A stretch of DNA of 64,000 nt from Sphaerochaetaceae bacterium (GTDB lineage Bacteria > Spirochaetota > Spirochaetia > Sphaerochaetales > Sphaerochaetaceae). This document shows, piece after piece, positions 1 to 10,038 of the stretch. A program made the position numbers and the translations under genes. The stretch is taken from assembly GCA_965140795.1 (NCBI GenBank), contig OZ223470.1, forward strand, positions 2,115,579 through 2,179,578, in the 5' to 3' direction. The notes beneath the pieces were generated by a model. The model saw only the letters and a list, made by a program, of their open reading frames with translations. It ran no database searches and was not told the origin of the DNA. Numbering within the stretch: position 1 is the stretch's first letter; each line of letters starts with the position of its first letter.

Positions 1-330
1 ATTAGCATCGATAAAAGGTACTTCAATAATTCCTTTTTTATAATCTATATTTAATATCTGAACAGTGGTCAAAGCTATGGGATTTGGTCTTTCTGGGGAT
101 CTTGTTGCAAATATACCCATTATTTTTGGTGCATTTTTATAAGGGTGTTTTTCTACTAATATTGAGCGCATTTTTTCGTTATCGCATTCATTAAACCACC
201 AAAGAATATTAATATGGCTAAAGCCTTTTAATCCTTGTAAGGCAGGAATGTATTTTGGATTTAATTCAATATAATTCCCTTTTTTGTTATTATGAATTGT
301 TCCAATTGGATTTAAAATAATTTTATTCAT
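1..330 (-). CDS. TrmO/YaeB-family tRNA methyltransferase-like protein, N-terminal part (3' end runs off the window)
   Basis: It is absent from the ORF track because the window edge cuts it. My translation of the minus strand from the ATG at 330..328 gives MNKIILNPIGTIHNN...GFSHINILWWF...GIFATRSPERPNPIALT. This is the UPF0066/TrmO-type signature. An AGGAGA RBS lies 5 nt upstream. Confidence 0.7.
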   Translation of the reverse strand, partial: MNKIILNPIGTIHNNKKGNYIELNPKYIPALQGLKGFSHINILWWFNECDNEKMRSILVEKHPYKNAPKIMGIFATRSPERPNPIALTTVQILNIDYKKGIIEVPFIDAN

Positions 331-406
331 TAGTTTCTCCTATTTTGATTTATATATAAATCATAAATCCTGACATCGTGTGAGGTTCAAGAAAAAAATA
401 AAAAAA

Positions 407-1219
407 TTATTTATATGCTATAGGAATTTGAAGTTCAATTAAAAATTTATCAATATTTTTTTCATTCCAAGGGCCTCTGTGAATAATTTGACGAGTATTT
501 CCTATAATCTTATATTGAGAATTATTAATAATCCAGTTTTCAAAAGTAAGATATGATTCTGCTATGTTTTTAAAATCACCATATACCATTGTACTCGCAG
601 CAAGTGGTATAGCATTAGTGTTTTTGAATATAATGTTTTGATTTTTATTATTTTTTCCCTGTAGATTTGATATTTCTGTGCATATTTCAACATCAACTCC
701 ACTAGCAGTATTATAGTAAATAGAGAAATAATTATTTAATACTTTTATTTTGTTTTGATCTGTATATAAGGTCAGTTCTTCCCATAGAAGTTCTTCTTCA
801 AAATAATTATCTAACTTTCTTCGAATAGATAAAACTTGATAGCTTGGAATAGATTTTGTAATTATCTGGTTATGAATATCACTTTTTGTATATAAGAGCT
901 CTTTTTGAGCAAGTTGTATTTTTTTTAATTTAATCTGTTCTTTTTGTATCTGGGTTTCTATTTCTGAGTATTTATTTTTAAATTTTTCTATTAGAAAATC
1001 ATTTGATTGATTAAGGATACTTGAAATTTCAGATACTTTAAAACCGCAATCACGTAAAAAAATAATTCTAGTAAGTTTAGGTATTTGTTCAACTGTATAT
1101 AGTCTATGTTCGCTTTGTTTATCTATTTTTGCAGGCTTAAATAAGTCAATATTATCATAATATCTTAACATTCTTATTGATACTTGTGTTAGTTTTGAAA
1201 AATCACCAATTTTAAACAA
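407..1219 (-). CDS. MerR-family transcriptional regulator with C-terminal GyrI-like effector-binding domain (BmrR-like)
   Basis: N-terminal MerR HTH (FKIGDFSKLTQVSIRMLRYYDNIDLFKP...RLYTVEQI) is followed by a coiled-coil linker and an effector-domain-sized C-terminus of about 150 aa. The start is TTG at 1219, preceded by AGAGG. Confidence 0.8.
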   Translation of the reverse strand: MFKIGDFSKLTQVSIRMLRYYDNIDLFKPAKIDKQSEHRLYTVEQIPKLTRIIFLRDCGFKVSEISSILNQSNDFLIEKFKNKYSEIETQIQKEQIKLKKIQLAQKELLYTKSDIHNQIITKSIPSYQVLSIRRKLDNYFEEELLWEELTLYTDQNKIKVLNNYFSIYYNTASGVDVEICTEISNLQGKNNKNQNIIFKNTNAIPLAASTMVYGDFKNIAESYLTFENWIINNSQYKIIGNTRQIIHRGPWNEKNIDKFLIELQIPIAYK

Positions 1220-1884
1220 AATAATACCTCTAATAATATTATAGCAATAGTTTTTTATACTTCAATATAATATTTTATAGAATTATTATTTTAATATTAT
1301 AAAAAATAACATAATATTTTTTTCTTCAATAGAGCTATTCTTTGTATGATATAAATTACAAAAAAGTACATTATGCAATTTTAACAATAATAGATTCAAA
1401 TATAGGTTTTTTTATATTTTGAATAACTAATCATAATCATAATATTTAGAAAATAAGATAGTGAATTTGCATATCTTTTTTCTAGAAATTTAAGAAAATA
1501 TTAATTTTATTAATTTTAAAACAAGTTGCTTTGCCCTTATTAATTGGGCCACATAATTTAATTCAGTTATCAATGATGTAAAAAAAGGTGTTGATTTATC
1601 AACTTACCACGAGTGACTTATTTAGTGGATAATCATTGAACTAAATAAAAAAATAGAGCAAATTATATTTTAGATATTATTCTCATTAAATTTATTTATT
1701 TTAAATATTATTATCTAATTCGAAATATAAAATAAGTTAGTATATGATAAAAAAAATACTAATAAAATTTCTTAAAATTAGCGATATAGCCTATAATAGC
1801 AAAAAGTTTTTTTAATTAGGCTTGACAAGTTAGGTAATGATAACTTATTTTACTTTTAAAGGTCAAAGTTTAGTGAGGTTTATT

Positions 1885-2913
1885 ATGAAAAAATCAATTT
1901 TAATTTTAGCAAGTTTTATCTTCATTACATCTATTGGGGCGCAAGGGATTAATGAAGCTTCAACTAAAGATGTTTATAATGGCAAAGAGGGGAAAATAAC
2001 TGCTTATATTTCTGGTCCTGCCAATATGCTTCAAGCATTAGAGAAAACTTTTGAAGCAGACAAAGGGGATGTCTTAGATATTGTTCAATTAGGTTGTGGA
2101 CCACTCCGACAAAGGGTTTGGACAGAATCAGAATCAGGATGTATTAATGCAGATGTTTTTTGGGGATCAGATCCATTAATTTACGATGTATTAGCTGAAA
2201 AAGGGGCAATTGAAGCTTATACTCCTAAGAATTATGAAAATTTTGCTAATAAATTCAAAGTCAATAAACCATATACTCTTGTAAATGAAAGATATGGGGT
2301 ATTAATTTATAACAAAGACAAAGTAAAATCAAAGTTAACTTCATTTTTTGATTTAGCAAATGTTGAATATAAGAATCAAATTGTTCATGCTGATCCAACA
2401 CAATCTTCGACAGCTTTAGCATTAATTTCAGCACTTTGGGATATTGAAGAACCAGGTGGAACTTATTATAAAAAATTAATTAATAATGGTTTATTTCTTG
2501 CAAAGAAAAATAGTGATGTTCCATCGAAAATTCAAGAAGGTGAATTCATAGCCGGAATTGCCCCTCATGATGCAGTTTGGAGATTACAAAAACAGGCTAA
2601 GAAAAAAGGTTATGAAACTCCATTAGCATTGAGTTGGCCAGAAGAAGGCGCTATTGCTATACAACGACCAATAGCAATTAGTAAGAATAATTCTAGATAT
2701 GAAAAAAATGAAGAATTAGCAAAAGATTTTGTTGACTTTTTAGTTTCTCCTAAAGCTCAAAAAATTACAACAAATTTTGGTTTTATAAGTGTATTAAAAA
2801 ATGCCGAAATGCCAAATGGATTACCTAAAAATATAAAAGTTTTAGACATTGATTGGGATGAATTAGGTTCTAAGCAAAATCAAATAAATGAAGAATTCGA
2901 AAAACTATTTTAG
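1885..2913 (+). CDS. ABC transporter periplasmic substrate-binding protein, Fe3+/thiamine-type (PBP2 family)
   Basis: I trimmed the ORF 1837..2913 to the ATG at 1885 (MKKSILILASFIFITSIGAQG signal peptide without a lipobox Cys). The family call comes from the overall pattern and from the adjacent 12-TM two-domain permease. Confidence 0.75.
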   Translation: MKKSILILASFIFITSIGAQGINEASTKDVYNGKEGKITAYISGPANMLQALEKTFEADKGDVLDIVQLGCGPLRQRVWTESESGCINADVFWGSDPLIYDVLAEKGAIEAYTPKNYENFANKFKVNKPYTLVNERYGVLIYNKDKVKSKLTSFFDLANVEYKNQIVHADPTQSSTALALISALWDIEEPGGTYYKKLINNGLFLAKKNSDVPSKIQEGEFIAGIAPHDAVWRLQKQAKKKGYETPLALSWPEEGAIAIQRPIAISKNNSRYEKNEELAKDFVDFLVSPKAQKITTNFGFISVLKNAEMPNGLPKNIKVLDIDWDELGSKQNQINEEFEKLF

Positions 2914-4555
2914 TAAAGTATTATTGAGAGGAGCTATAACGCTTCTCTCAATAATATTAATAATATTTTATATTTTTCCTACTCTTTTTTTATTTTACAA
3001 AGGTATTATTGGATTTAATTATTCATTTAACACATTTGTAAATCCTTTTCTTAATTCAATAAAAATATCTATTTGGGTATTTATTTGGACAACTATAATT
3101 GGAGGAACATTAGCTTGGTTAGTAATTAAAACTGATTTTCCATTAAAGAGAATGGTAGATAATTTTTGTATAATTGCTTTTGCAATCCCACCATATATAA
3201 TTGCTTTATCCTGGTTACAAATATTCGGAAGAAATGGTTATTTAGAAAGGATTGTTAAACTTGTATTCCATTTAGAAAATTTTAGTTCGTCTCCTTATTC
3301 ATTAAATGCTACAATATTTGTATTAACTTTACATTTATTCCCTTTAATGTATTTTTCAATAAAAAATGCTTTAAACAATATAGATCCAAAGATTGAATAT
3401 GCTGGATATTTATCTGGAGGAAGCACTTTTACAGTTTTACGAAAAATAACAATACAATTGGTTAAACCTAGTATATTAACTACAGCTCTTTTTGTATTTT
3501 CAAGAACGTTAGCAAATTTTTCAGTGCCGGCTTTGTTATGTTTGCCAGCAAGAATAGAAGTGGCTACAACAAAAATTTATTCTTCTCTTACGATGTTAGA
3601 TACTTCAACTGCTGCTTTTTATTCTTTAATTTTAGTAATTTTTGCATCAATACTTTATTTAGCTCAAACGTATATGATGTCAAAAAATAATAAAATATCA
3701 ATGAATGGTAATAATAAAATTAGAGATGTAAGTACTGTTTCTCTAAATAAATATAAAATATTAAGTATTGTATTTGTAATATTATTTTTTATTTTAGTTA
3801 GTATAATTCCAGCTGTTACAATGATAATATCTTCTTTATTAAAAAGATGGGGATTGTCATTAGTAATTGATCATTTCACCTTAGATAATTATAAAGAAAT
3901 ATTTAATATTCATTCTAAATTCCCAAGAGCGTTTTTTAATAGTTTTGTGTATGGGGGAATAGCTGCTATATTTGCTACAATTATTGCTTTATCGTGTGCA
4001 TTATTATCACACTATAAAGGTAAGAAATACAAAATATTTGAAGCAATTGGTTCTTGGCCAATGGCAATACCTAATACAGTATTAGCCGTAGCTACAATAT
4101 TTAGTTTTAATAGATATCCATTAAAATTATATGGTACTTCATGGGGCTTAATTATTACATATATGGTTTTATTTACTCCAATAATTATGAACCAAATAAT
4201 TGGACTAATAAAATCGCAAGATATTAAGCTATTAAATGCAGCTAGATTATCTGGATATAATTGGATTACGTCATTTACAAAAGTTGTTCTGCCCTTTTTA
4301 CTTTCTGGTATCAAATCAGGTATAATTGTTGCTTTAATGATTTCCTTAAGAGAAATTCCAATTTCACTAATGCTTTATGCAACTAATCAAGAAACAGTAG
4401 GAGTACTATTATTTGGAATGCAATCTCAATCCTATGGATTAGAGATGACATCTGCATTGTCTGTAATTGTAGTAACCCTAATAATTATTACCAATTATAT
4501 TAATAATAAATACAGAGGACATAATGAAAAAATTAGAAATAAAAAATTTATATAA
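2888..4555 (+). CDS. ABC transporter permease, duplicated (two-domain) FbpB/ThiP-type
   Basis: The 555-aa polytopic protein has two permease halves. It overlaps the upstream binding-protein gene and the downstream ATPase gene, which suggests translational coupling. Confidence 0.85.
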   Translation: MKNSKNYFSKVLLRGAITLLSIILIIFYIFPTLFLFYKGIIGFNYSFNTFVNPFLNSIKISIWVFIWTTIIGGTLAWLVIKTDFPLKRMVDNFCIIAFAIPPYIIALSWLQIFGRNGYLERIVKLVFHLENFSSSPYSLNATIFVLTLHLFPLMYFSIKNALNNIDPKIEYAGYLSGGSTFTVLRKITIQLVKPSILTTALFVFSRTLANFSVPALLCLPARIEVATTKIYSSLTMLDTSTAAFYSLILVIFASILYLAQTYMMSKNNKISMNGNNKIRDVSTVSLNKYKILSIVFVILFFILVSIIPAVTMIISSLLKRWGLSLVIDHFTLDNYKEIFNIHSKFPRAFFNSFVYGGIAAIFATIIALSCALLSHYKGKKYKIFEAIGSWPMAIPNTVLAVATIFSFNRYPLKLYGTSWGLIITYMVLFTPIIMNQIIGLIKSQDIKLLNAARLSGYNWITSFTKVVLPFLLSGIKSGIIVALMISLREIPISLMLYATNQETVGVLLFGMQSQSYGLEMTSALSVIVVTLIIITNYINNKYRGHNEKIRNKKFI

Positions 4556-5252
4556 ATATTATGATAAAAATTGTGTAGTTAGGGATTGTTCTATAACAGT
4601 AGATGATAAAAAAATATTAACAATATTAGGTCCAAGTGGAAGTGGAAAATCTACTTTAATCTCTTGTATTGCTGGGATTGAACTCCCACAAAGTGGAGTG
4701 ATTACATTAAATGATAATATTTTATTTGATAATAATAGCAAAATCAATTTACCACCCGAAAAAAGAAATATAGGCTTTGTTTTTCAAAATTATGCACTAT
4801 GGCCCCATATGACTATTGAAAAACATCTTAGCTTTCCATTAAAAGCTAAAAAAATGGGAAAAAATTTAATTAAAGAAAAATGCGAAATAATAATCAACAT
4901 GCTAAGATTAGAAGATAAAATCTATAAATATCCTCACCAATTAAGTGGAGGAGAACAACAGAGAGTTGCTTTAGGAAGGGCATTAATAAAAGAGCCTGAT
5001 TTACTATTATTAGATGAACCATTATCTAATTTAGATGCTTTATTAAGAGAAAGAATGCAAGTTGAAATAAGACATATTCAAAAAGAATTAGGAGTTACTA
5101 CAATTTTAGTTACTCATGACCAAGAAGAAGCTAAAAAAATATCTGATCAAGTTGCAGTAATGAATCATGGAATAATTGAACAAATTGGAAGCTTTGATAG
5201 CTTAGTAGATAATCCTCAAACAAATTTTATTGAAGAATTTATAAAAAGATAA
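4524..5252 (+). CDS. ABC transporter ATP-binding protein (short form without C-terminal TOBE-type domain)
   Basis: Walker A GPSGSGKST, signature LSGGEQQRVALGRAL, Walker B LLLLDEPLSNLD and the H-loop TTILVTHD are all present. Confidence 0.9.
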   Translation: MKKLEIKNLYKYYDKNCVVRDCSITVDDKKILTILGPSGSGKSTLISCIAGIELPQSGVITLNDNILFDNNSKINLPPEKRNIGFVFQNYALWPHMTIEKHLSFPLKAKKMGKNLIKEKCEIIINMLRLEDKIYKYPHQLSGGEQQRVALGRALIKEPDLLLLDEPLSNLDALLRERMQVEIRHIQKELGVTTILVTHDQEEAKKISDQVAVMNHGIIEQIGSFDSLVDNPQTNFIEEFIKR

Positions 5253-5625
5253 AATTCTATTATATCTATTAAATTGAGGACAAATTAGCTTGTAATTTGA
5301 GTTACGTTATTATTTAAATTAGAATCTTAGTTATTAAGTTTTTTGCATTAGTAATATTTAGGCTCAATAAATTTATTATAAAAAGGTTATTTAATTAATT
5401 CATACATATAAATAATTCCCCAAAATTTTTCATTTTAATTTAAGGTATATTATATCATGATAATTTATAATTTTTTATATCAAAAAATATTATCTCATTA
5501 ATTTTAAGCATTGTTTTTTCTTATTTATTTGATGTCATTATCAAATATTATGATTTTGCCAATGATTTTTTTCAATTTCTTCATGTGCTAATCTTTCGGA
5601 TACTTGTAGAGGACTAAATCTTTTC

Positions 5626-6606
5626 TTATATAGAAGGGTTTGTAAGATTAATTGTTTCTGTTAAAGAATAAATGCTGGTATCAAGATCCATTCTATATGT
5701 TTCTAAAATAAGTTCATTGTTAGTGTTAATGTCAAATTTTAAAAAAGTACTTTTAGCGCCAGGATCCTGAGTTCCTCTAGCATGACCCGAATCAATCTGC
5801 CAAGTTATATCACTTGGGCGTAAGTTACTGCTGTAATTATGAGTATGTCCGCAAATATAAGCTGTAACTTTATAGTCATTCAATAAAGCCCAAAATGCAT
5901 CTCTATTTTCTTCATGAGTATTAAGACTGTCATCTTCATGTCTAAGTCTTGCTGACTCTTCATCAGGTAATGGGAATGCTGGTTCGTGTCCAAAGACAAC
6001 TATAATATTTTTTTCAGTATTGCTTAAATCTGTCTTTAGCCAATTATATGTAGCCGGTACTATATCACCATTTGAACCAATATCAGAAGTGCCATCAAAA
6101 TATTCATTTAGTATAACAAAATGTACTGGTCCTTTATCAAAAGAATACATAGTTTCTTTAGTTCCTGTCGGGCCTTCGCTAATGATACTTACTCTTGATT
6201 CAATAACCTGGTAAAAATTTCTTATCCACTCCATGTCAGAAGGCGTTTCTGACTCATGATTCCCTACGATAGGGAACCACCTATAATCAGCACTGATATA
6301 TTTCTTAATAGTAGCTAGTACTTGGCCTGGGGGATCTATATCACCCGCTGAAAACATGTAAATTCCATTATCTACTGTAGCTATAGCTTCACCTGCTCCG
6401 CGAAACCAATCTAGATTATTTCCGGTATATTCTCTCATATCTGATGCAACAATAAAAGAAGTGAAATTTTCATCAGTATCATCAGATACCACAGAATCGT
6501 TGATTATACCTTCTTCGCTTATAGGAGAATGTCCAAAGCTGCATGAAACAAATAAAAATAAGAATAAAAAGGAAATCCATATAAATCTATATTTTTTAGT
6601 TTTCAT
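5626..6606 (-). CDS. Metallophosphoesterase (calcineurin-like) lipoprotein
   Basis: Motifs GNHE, GHEPAFP and GHTHNY are present. I trimmed the ORF to MKTKKYRFIWISFLFLFLFVSC, which carries a lipobox Cys. Confidence 0.75.
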   Translation of the reverse strand: MKTKKYRFIWISFLFLFLFVSCSFGHSPISEEGIINDSVVSDDTDENFTSFIVASDMREYTGNNLDWFRGAGEAIATVDNGIYMFSAGDIDPPGQVLATIKKYISADYRWFPIVGNHESETPSDMEWIRNFYQVIESRVSIISEGPTGTKETMYSFDKGPVHFVILNEYFDGTSDIGSNGDIVPATYNWLKTDLSNTEKNIIVVFGHEPAFPLPDEESARLRHEDDSLNTHEENRDAFWALLNDYKVTAYICGHTHNYSSNLRPSDITWQIDSGHARGTQDPGAKSTFLKFDINTNNELILETYRMDLDTSIYSLTETINLTNPSI

Positions 6607-6876
6607 AAGAGCCTTTACCTTTATCTTGTTATCTGAATTTAATATTACCATATTGTCATATAAAAAACAAAGTTATATAAGCTATTTCTGTATTATGTAA
6701 GAAGAATTAGCTATTAAACATTAATTATTTGATAAATCTAATGTGTAGAGATAACAGATATTAATCTGTTGAAATTGAAGAGATTCCCAGACAACATAAA
6801 TACTAGCCATGAAATTATTCATGGTCTTGAAATCTCTTTCCTGTAGGTTAATTTGTATCAATTAACTAAAAATTTT

Positions 6877-7743
6877 TTATAATTGAACTTTTATTGATTG
6901 AAGATTAGAAGCTGTTCCTCCAACCTGTACTTCATCTATTTGATTATTTGATAAATAAAGATCTACAGAGATTAAAGAAGGTTTGTTCATAGCTTCTCCC
7001 TGTTCAAATATAATGTTCTTTGAGTCATTAATCATTTTGTATTTCCATAGATAACAGGCTAAAGCTCCATTGGAAGTTCCAGTAGCAGATTCTTCATCTA
7101 TTTCATATAAAGGTGCAAAATTCCTACAATGTGCAGTAATTGTTTCATCATTATCATTTAAAGCAAATAGATGAAAGCCAACGACGTTATGAGTTTTACT
7201 TATTTCTTTTATTTTTTCAAAATTTGGTTTTATCGAGTTTAAAATTTCTTTATTTCTTATTGGAATAAGAATATCTTTAAGCCCAGTTGAAACAATTTGA
7301 CAAGGGTAATCTGTATTTAAATCTTTGAGTTCAATACCAAGAGATTCAATAATTTCTTTAGGGTCTATAACTTCATCGAAAGTTGGTTTTTGTTGATCCA
7401 TCATTACACAACCATTTTTTTCAATCTTAATCTTAAGTATTCCAGCTTTTGTTTTAAGAGTATAATTTCCTGGTTTTATTTTTCTTAAAAGGAAAAGGGC
7501 ATTAAATAAACCAATGGTTGCATGTCCACATAAGTCTACTTCAGCATTAGGTGTAAAAAAAGCTACTTCAAAATCAGCAACTTGTGAATTTGAAACAAAA
7601 GCTGTTTCACTAAATCCAATATATTTAGCAATGTTTTGCATTTCTTGGTTTGAAAGATTTTCTGCATCAAATACAATCCCAGCAGGATTGCCACCCATTT
7701 CATTTTTTGCAAAAGCGTTAATTGTATAATAATTTAATTTCAT
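6877..7743 (-). CDS. PhzF-family (phenazine biosynthesis-like) isomerase
   Basis: The N-terminus YTINAFAKNEMGGNPAGIV...GFSETAFV and the length of 288 aa are typical of PhzF/YddE proteins. A good RBS (AAAGGAA) precedes the start. Confidence 0.85.
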   Translation of the reverse strand: MKLNYYTINAFAKNEMGGNPAGIVFDAENLSNQEMQNIAKYIGFSETAFVSNSQVADFEVAFFTPNAEVDLCGHATIGLFNALFLLRKIKPGNYTLKTKAGILKIKIEKNGCVMMDQQKPTFDEVIDPKEIIESLGIELKDLNTDYPCQIVSTGLKDILIPIRNKEILNSIKPNFEKIKEISKTHNVVGFHLFALNDNDETITAHCRNFAPLYEIDEESATGTSNGALACYLWKYKMINDSKNIIFEQGEAMNKPSLISVDLYLSNNQIDEVQVGGTASNLQSIKVQL

Positions 7744-7936
7744 AATATTCCTTTTCTATATGTTCTTGAAACATATAGTTTTTAAAACAATAAATCAATT
7801 ATGCCTTATAGAAATAAGATTATTATATTAAATTAATAAATCATAAACAAATTGGATTTTTGTAATAGTATATACTGATGAAGCTATTTCTAAAAAGTAT
7901 TAAAAAGTTTGGATGAGAGGGGGCGATTGTAAAAAT

Positions 7937-8302
7937 GATTTCTTAATAGTTAAAAGCACCATCCGATTTTCTAGAAAGAAAAAAGAGTTAAATGTTATCT
8001 TGAAAAAAAGAGTATTTTGATACTTGATAGTAAAGGAAATTAAAAAATGGTTAAATAAAGTAAATATATTGATTATTGCTGAACTAAATAGTTTTGTAAA
8101 AGGTCTTGAAAGAGATATTGTAGATGTATTTATAGTGATTAATGAAAAATAGAATAATAGATTAGCAGAAGAAACAGTTAATACAATCAAATTTATTAAG
8201 AATATAATGTCCGGGAAATGTAAATTTGATATATTTAGAAATAAGATATTAATCGCTGAAAAATATAATTATTTCTCAATTATTGGAAAGATCCATTATT
8301 AG
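7937..8302 (+). pseudogene. ISL3-family transposase remnant (C-terminal part only, two in-frame stops)
   Basis: My translation of the frame containing position 8045 gives ...ELNVILKKRVF*YLIVKEIKKWLNKVNILIIAELNSFVKGLERDIVDVFIVINEK*NNRLAEETVNTIKFIKNIMSGKCKFDIFRNKILI... This matches the ISL3 DDE transposase C-terminal pattern (W...EL..F...L......N....NG..EG.NNKIK.IKR..YG...F..FR.RIL). In-frame stops lie at 8018-8020 and 8150-8152. Confidence 0.6.
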
Positions 8303-8427
8303 GTTGATGTTTGAAGTAAAAAATGCTTTAAGTTCCATATTAAGCGGGCTTCTATGATAAAATATGGATAAATAAAAATCTATGAATTATTATTTAGAAG
8401 GGTACTATCATAGATACAGCCTTTTTG

Positions 8428-9627
8428 TCACATTTTCTTTTGTTTTACTAAATAAGTTGTATATTTTCTTTTTTGATAGAGAAAAATTATACCTTCAACT
8501 ATTAAAAATAAGATAATTATAAGTACCATATACTTCATTATATTATTATAACCTAATTTATTATAAATCTTGCCCCCAAAAATATTTCCGCCTACTGTTC
8601 CAAGGCTTAAAGATAATTCATGAATTGTCATTCTTCTTGATTTGTGTTTAGTTCCACTCATCCCATGAAATAGACTCGATTCATACATAAAGGCTAATAA
8701 AATACCTATTAAAGAAAAAAAGATTGTAATAGCTGCTATAGATTTAATGTATGAAGCAACTAAACAGAAAATTGCTAAAACTGTTTGACTACCAATAGTA
8801 TATCTAAGTTTAAAATGCCACCAACTATTTTTACCTAATATCCAAAAGAAAAATACAGTAATAAAACCTTTTATTGAAATAATACTTCCACTCCATTCAG
8901 ATCCGAGGTTTAAGACGTCTAGAGCATAAATCGGAAAAATATTGTTAATTACAGTATATATTAAAAATACTAAAAACAACCCAATCCATGAATAATATCG
9001 AACTGGAGTACTTTTATCTTTAGTTGAAGATTCATCGGCGTTTATTTTCTCACTTTTTTCAATTTTTAGACTTGTGTAAATATTAGAAATTACTAATAGG
9101 ATAATTAATAAAATGAAAAATATAAAACCGCTGATAATAAAAGTAAAAGTAAGATTTTTCCCAATTAATATTCCAGCAATAATAGGTCCAAAAGCAGAAC
9201 CGGAACTCCAAGATAAATTAAAAAAGCTATTGGTTTTTCCTAATCTATCTCCTTCTTTGTTTCTATTGAGCCAACCAGAAAGTGGAGGCCAAATAAAACA
9301 AAAAGAAAATCCATAAAAAATCTGTAAAATACAAATAATAGTAAGATTATTTACATTGATTATCAAAAAAGAATATACAAAAAGCGAAAATAAACCAATT
9401 TCTATACAATGTAGAGGTGTTATTTTTTCAGTAATTCTCATTAGAAGAAGACAAAAAATAAAATAACTAATAGTATTGATTGACATAATAATTCCGATTA
9501 ATTTTGCGTCAATTTGAAATTTAATTTTTAAATAATATACAAGGGCTAAAATAATAGCAACATTTGCAAATTGAATAAAAAATGAAGTTGATAAAATTAA
9601 AATATTTTTATTTATTTTTTCTTTCAT
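8428..9627 (-). CDS. MFS transporter
   Basis: The 399-aa protein has about 12 predicted TM segments and an MFS-like loop (GWLNRNKEGDRLGK) between TM2 and TM3. Confidence 0.8.
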   Translation of the reverse strand: MKEKINKNILILSTSFFIQFANVAIILALVYYLKIKFQIDAKLIGIIMSINTISYFIFCLLLMRITEKITPLHCIEIGLFSLFVYSFLIINVNNLTIICILQIFYGFSFCFIWPPLSGWLNRNKEGDRLGKTNSFFNLSWSSGSAFGPIIAGILIGKNLTFTFIISGFIFFILLIILLVISNIYTSLKIEKSEKINADESSTKDKSTPVRYYSWIGLFLVFLIYTVINNIFPIYALDVLNLGSEWSGSIISIKGFITVFFFWILGKNSWWHFKLRYTIGSQTVLAIFCLVASYIKSIAAITIFFSLIGILLAFMYESSLFHGMSGTKHKSRRMTIHELSLSLGTVGGNIFGGKIYNKLGYNNIMKYMVLIIILFLIVEGIIFLYQKRKYTTYLVKQKKM

Positions 9628-10038
9628 AATATTTCTTGCTTTAAAAAATAATTGATAAAATCAATAATTCTATTAATGTTGAAATTTATTATTCCAACTT
9701 GATTGAATTCAAATGAAATAAAACTTAATGAATTTTTAGTTGCCATTTGATTTATTGAACGTCCTTTTAATACTTTATTTTTAATACAAAAAATAAAGAT
9801 GGTACTAATGTAATAATTTATCATATTCACACCAAAATAAGGTAATTCTAGATATTAATAGTATTCTAATATTATCCAAATTACCCAAATGATTAAAATT
9901 GTTATAATAACCCATAACTTTTTATTAAAAATCTATTAGGGGGTATAATTGTAGGCAAATCTTTTTTGTAATATTTTGATATATCTCATCGAAGGAAATT
10001 TATATTAAATATAATTTTTTATTCATTTAAACTGATAA

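Noticed and set aside
1500-1884. A TPP (thiamine) riboswitch ahead of the ThiB/FbpA-like ABC operon.
   Set aside because: The conserved CUGAGA and pyrimidine-sensor/pyrophosphate-sensor helices are not present on either strand.
5540-5640. A short minus-strand reading frame ...KRFSPLQVSERLAHEEIEKNHWQNHNI* that is vaguely reminiscent of the C-terminal LGH...Y.H box of tyrosine recombinases.
   Set aside because: It is only about 30 codons long and overlaps the end of the phosphoesterase gene. The catalytic Tyr context is not present and no upstream recombinase sequence exists. This is too weak to call a remnant.
7900-8190. A 96-aa minus-strand ORF in the spacer between the phzF-like and MFS genes.
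   Set aside because: It is antisense to a recognisable ISL3 transposase remnant on the plus strand. It has no RBS or family features.
9624-9830. A 68-aa ORF immediately upstream of, and overlapping, the MFS transporter start.
   Set aside because: It has no RBS, a low-complexity sequence and no recognisable motif. It could be a leader peptide, but nothing in the sequence supports that.
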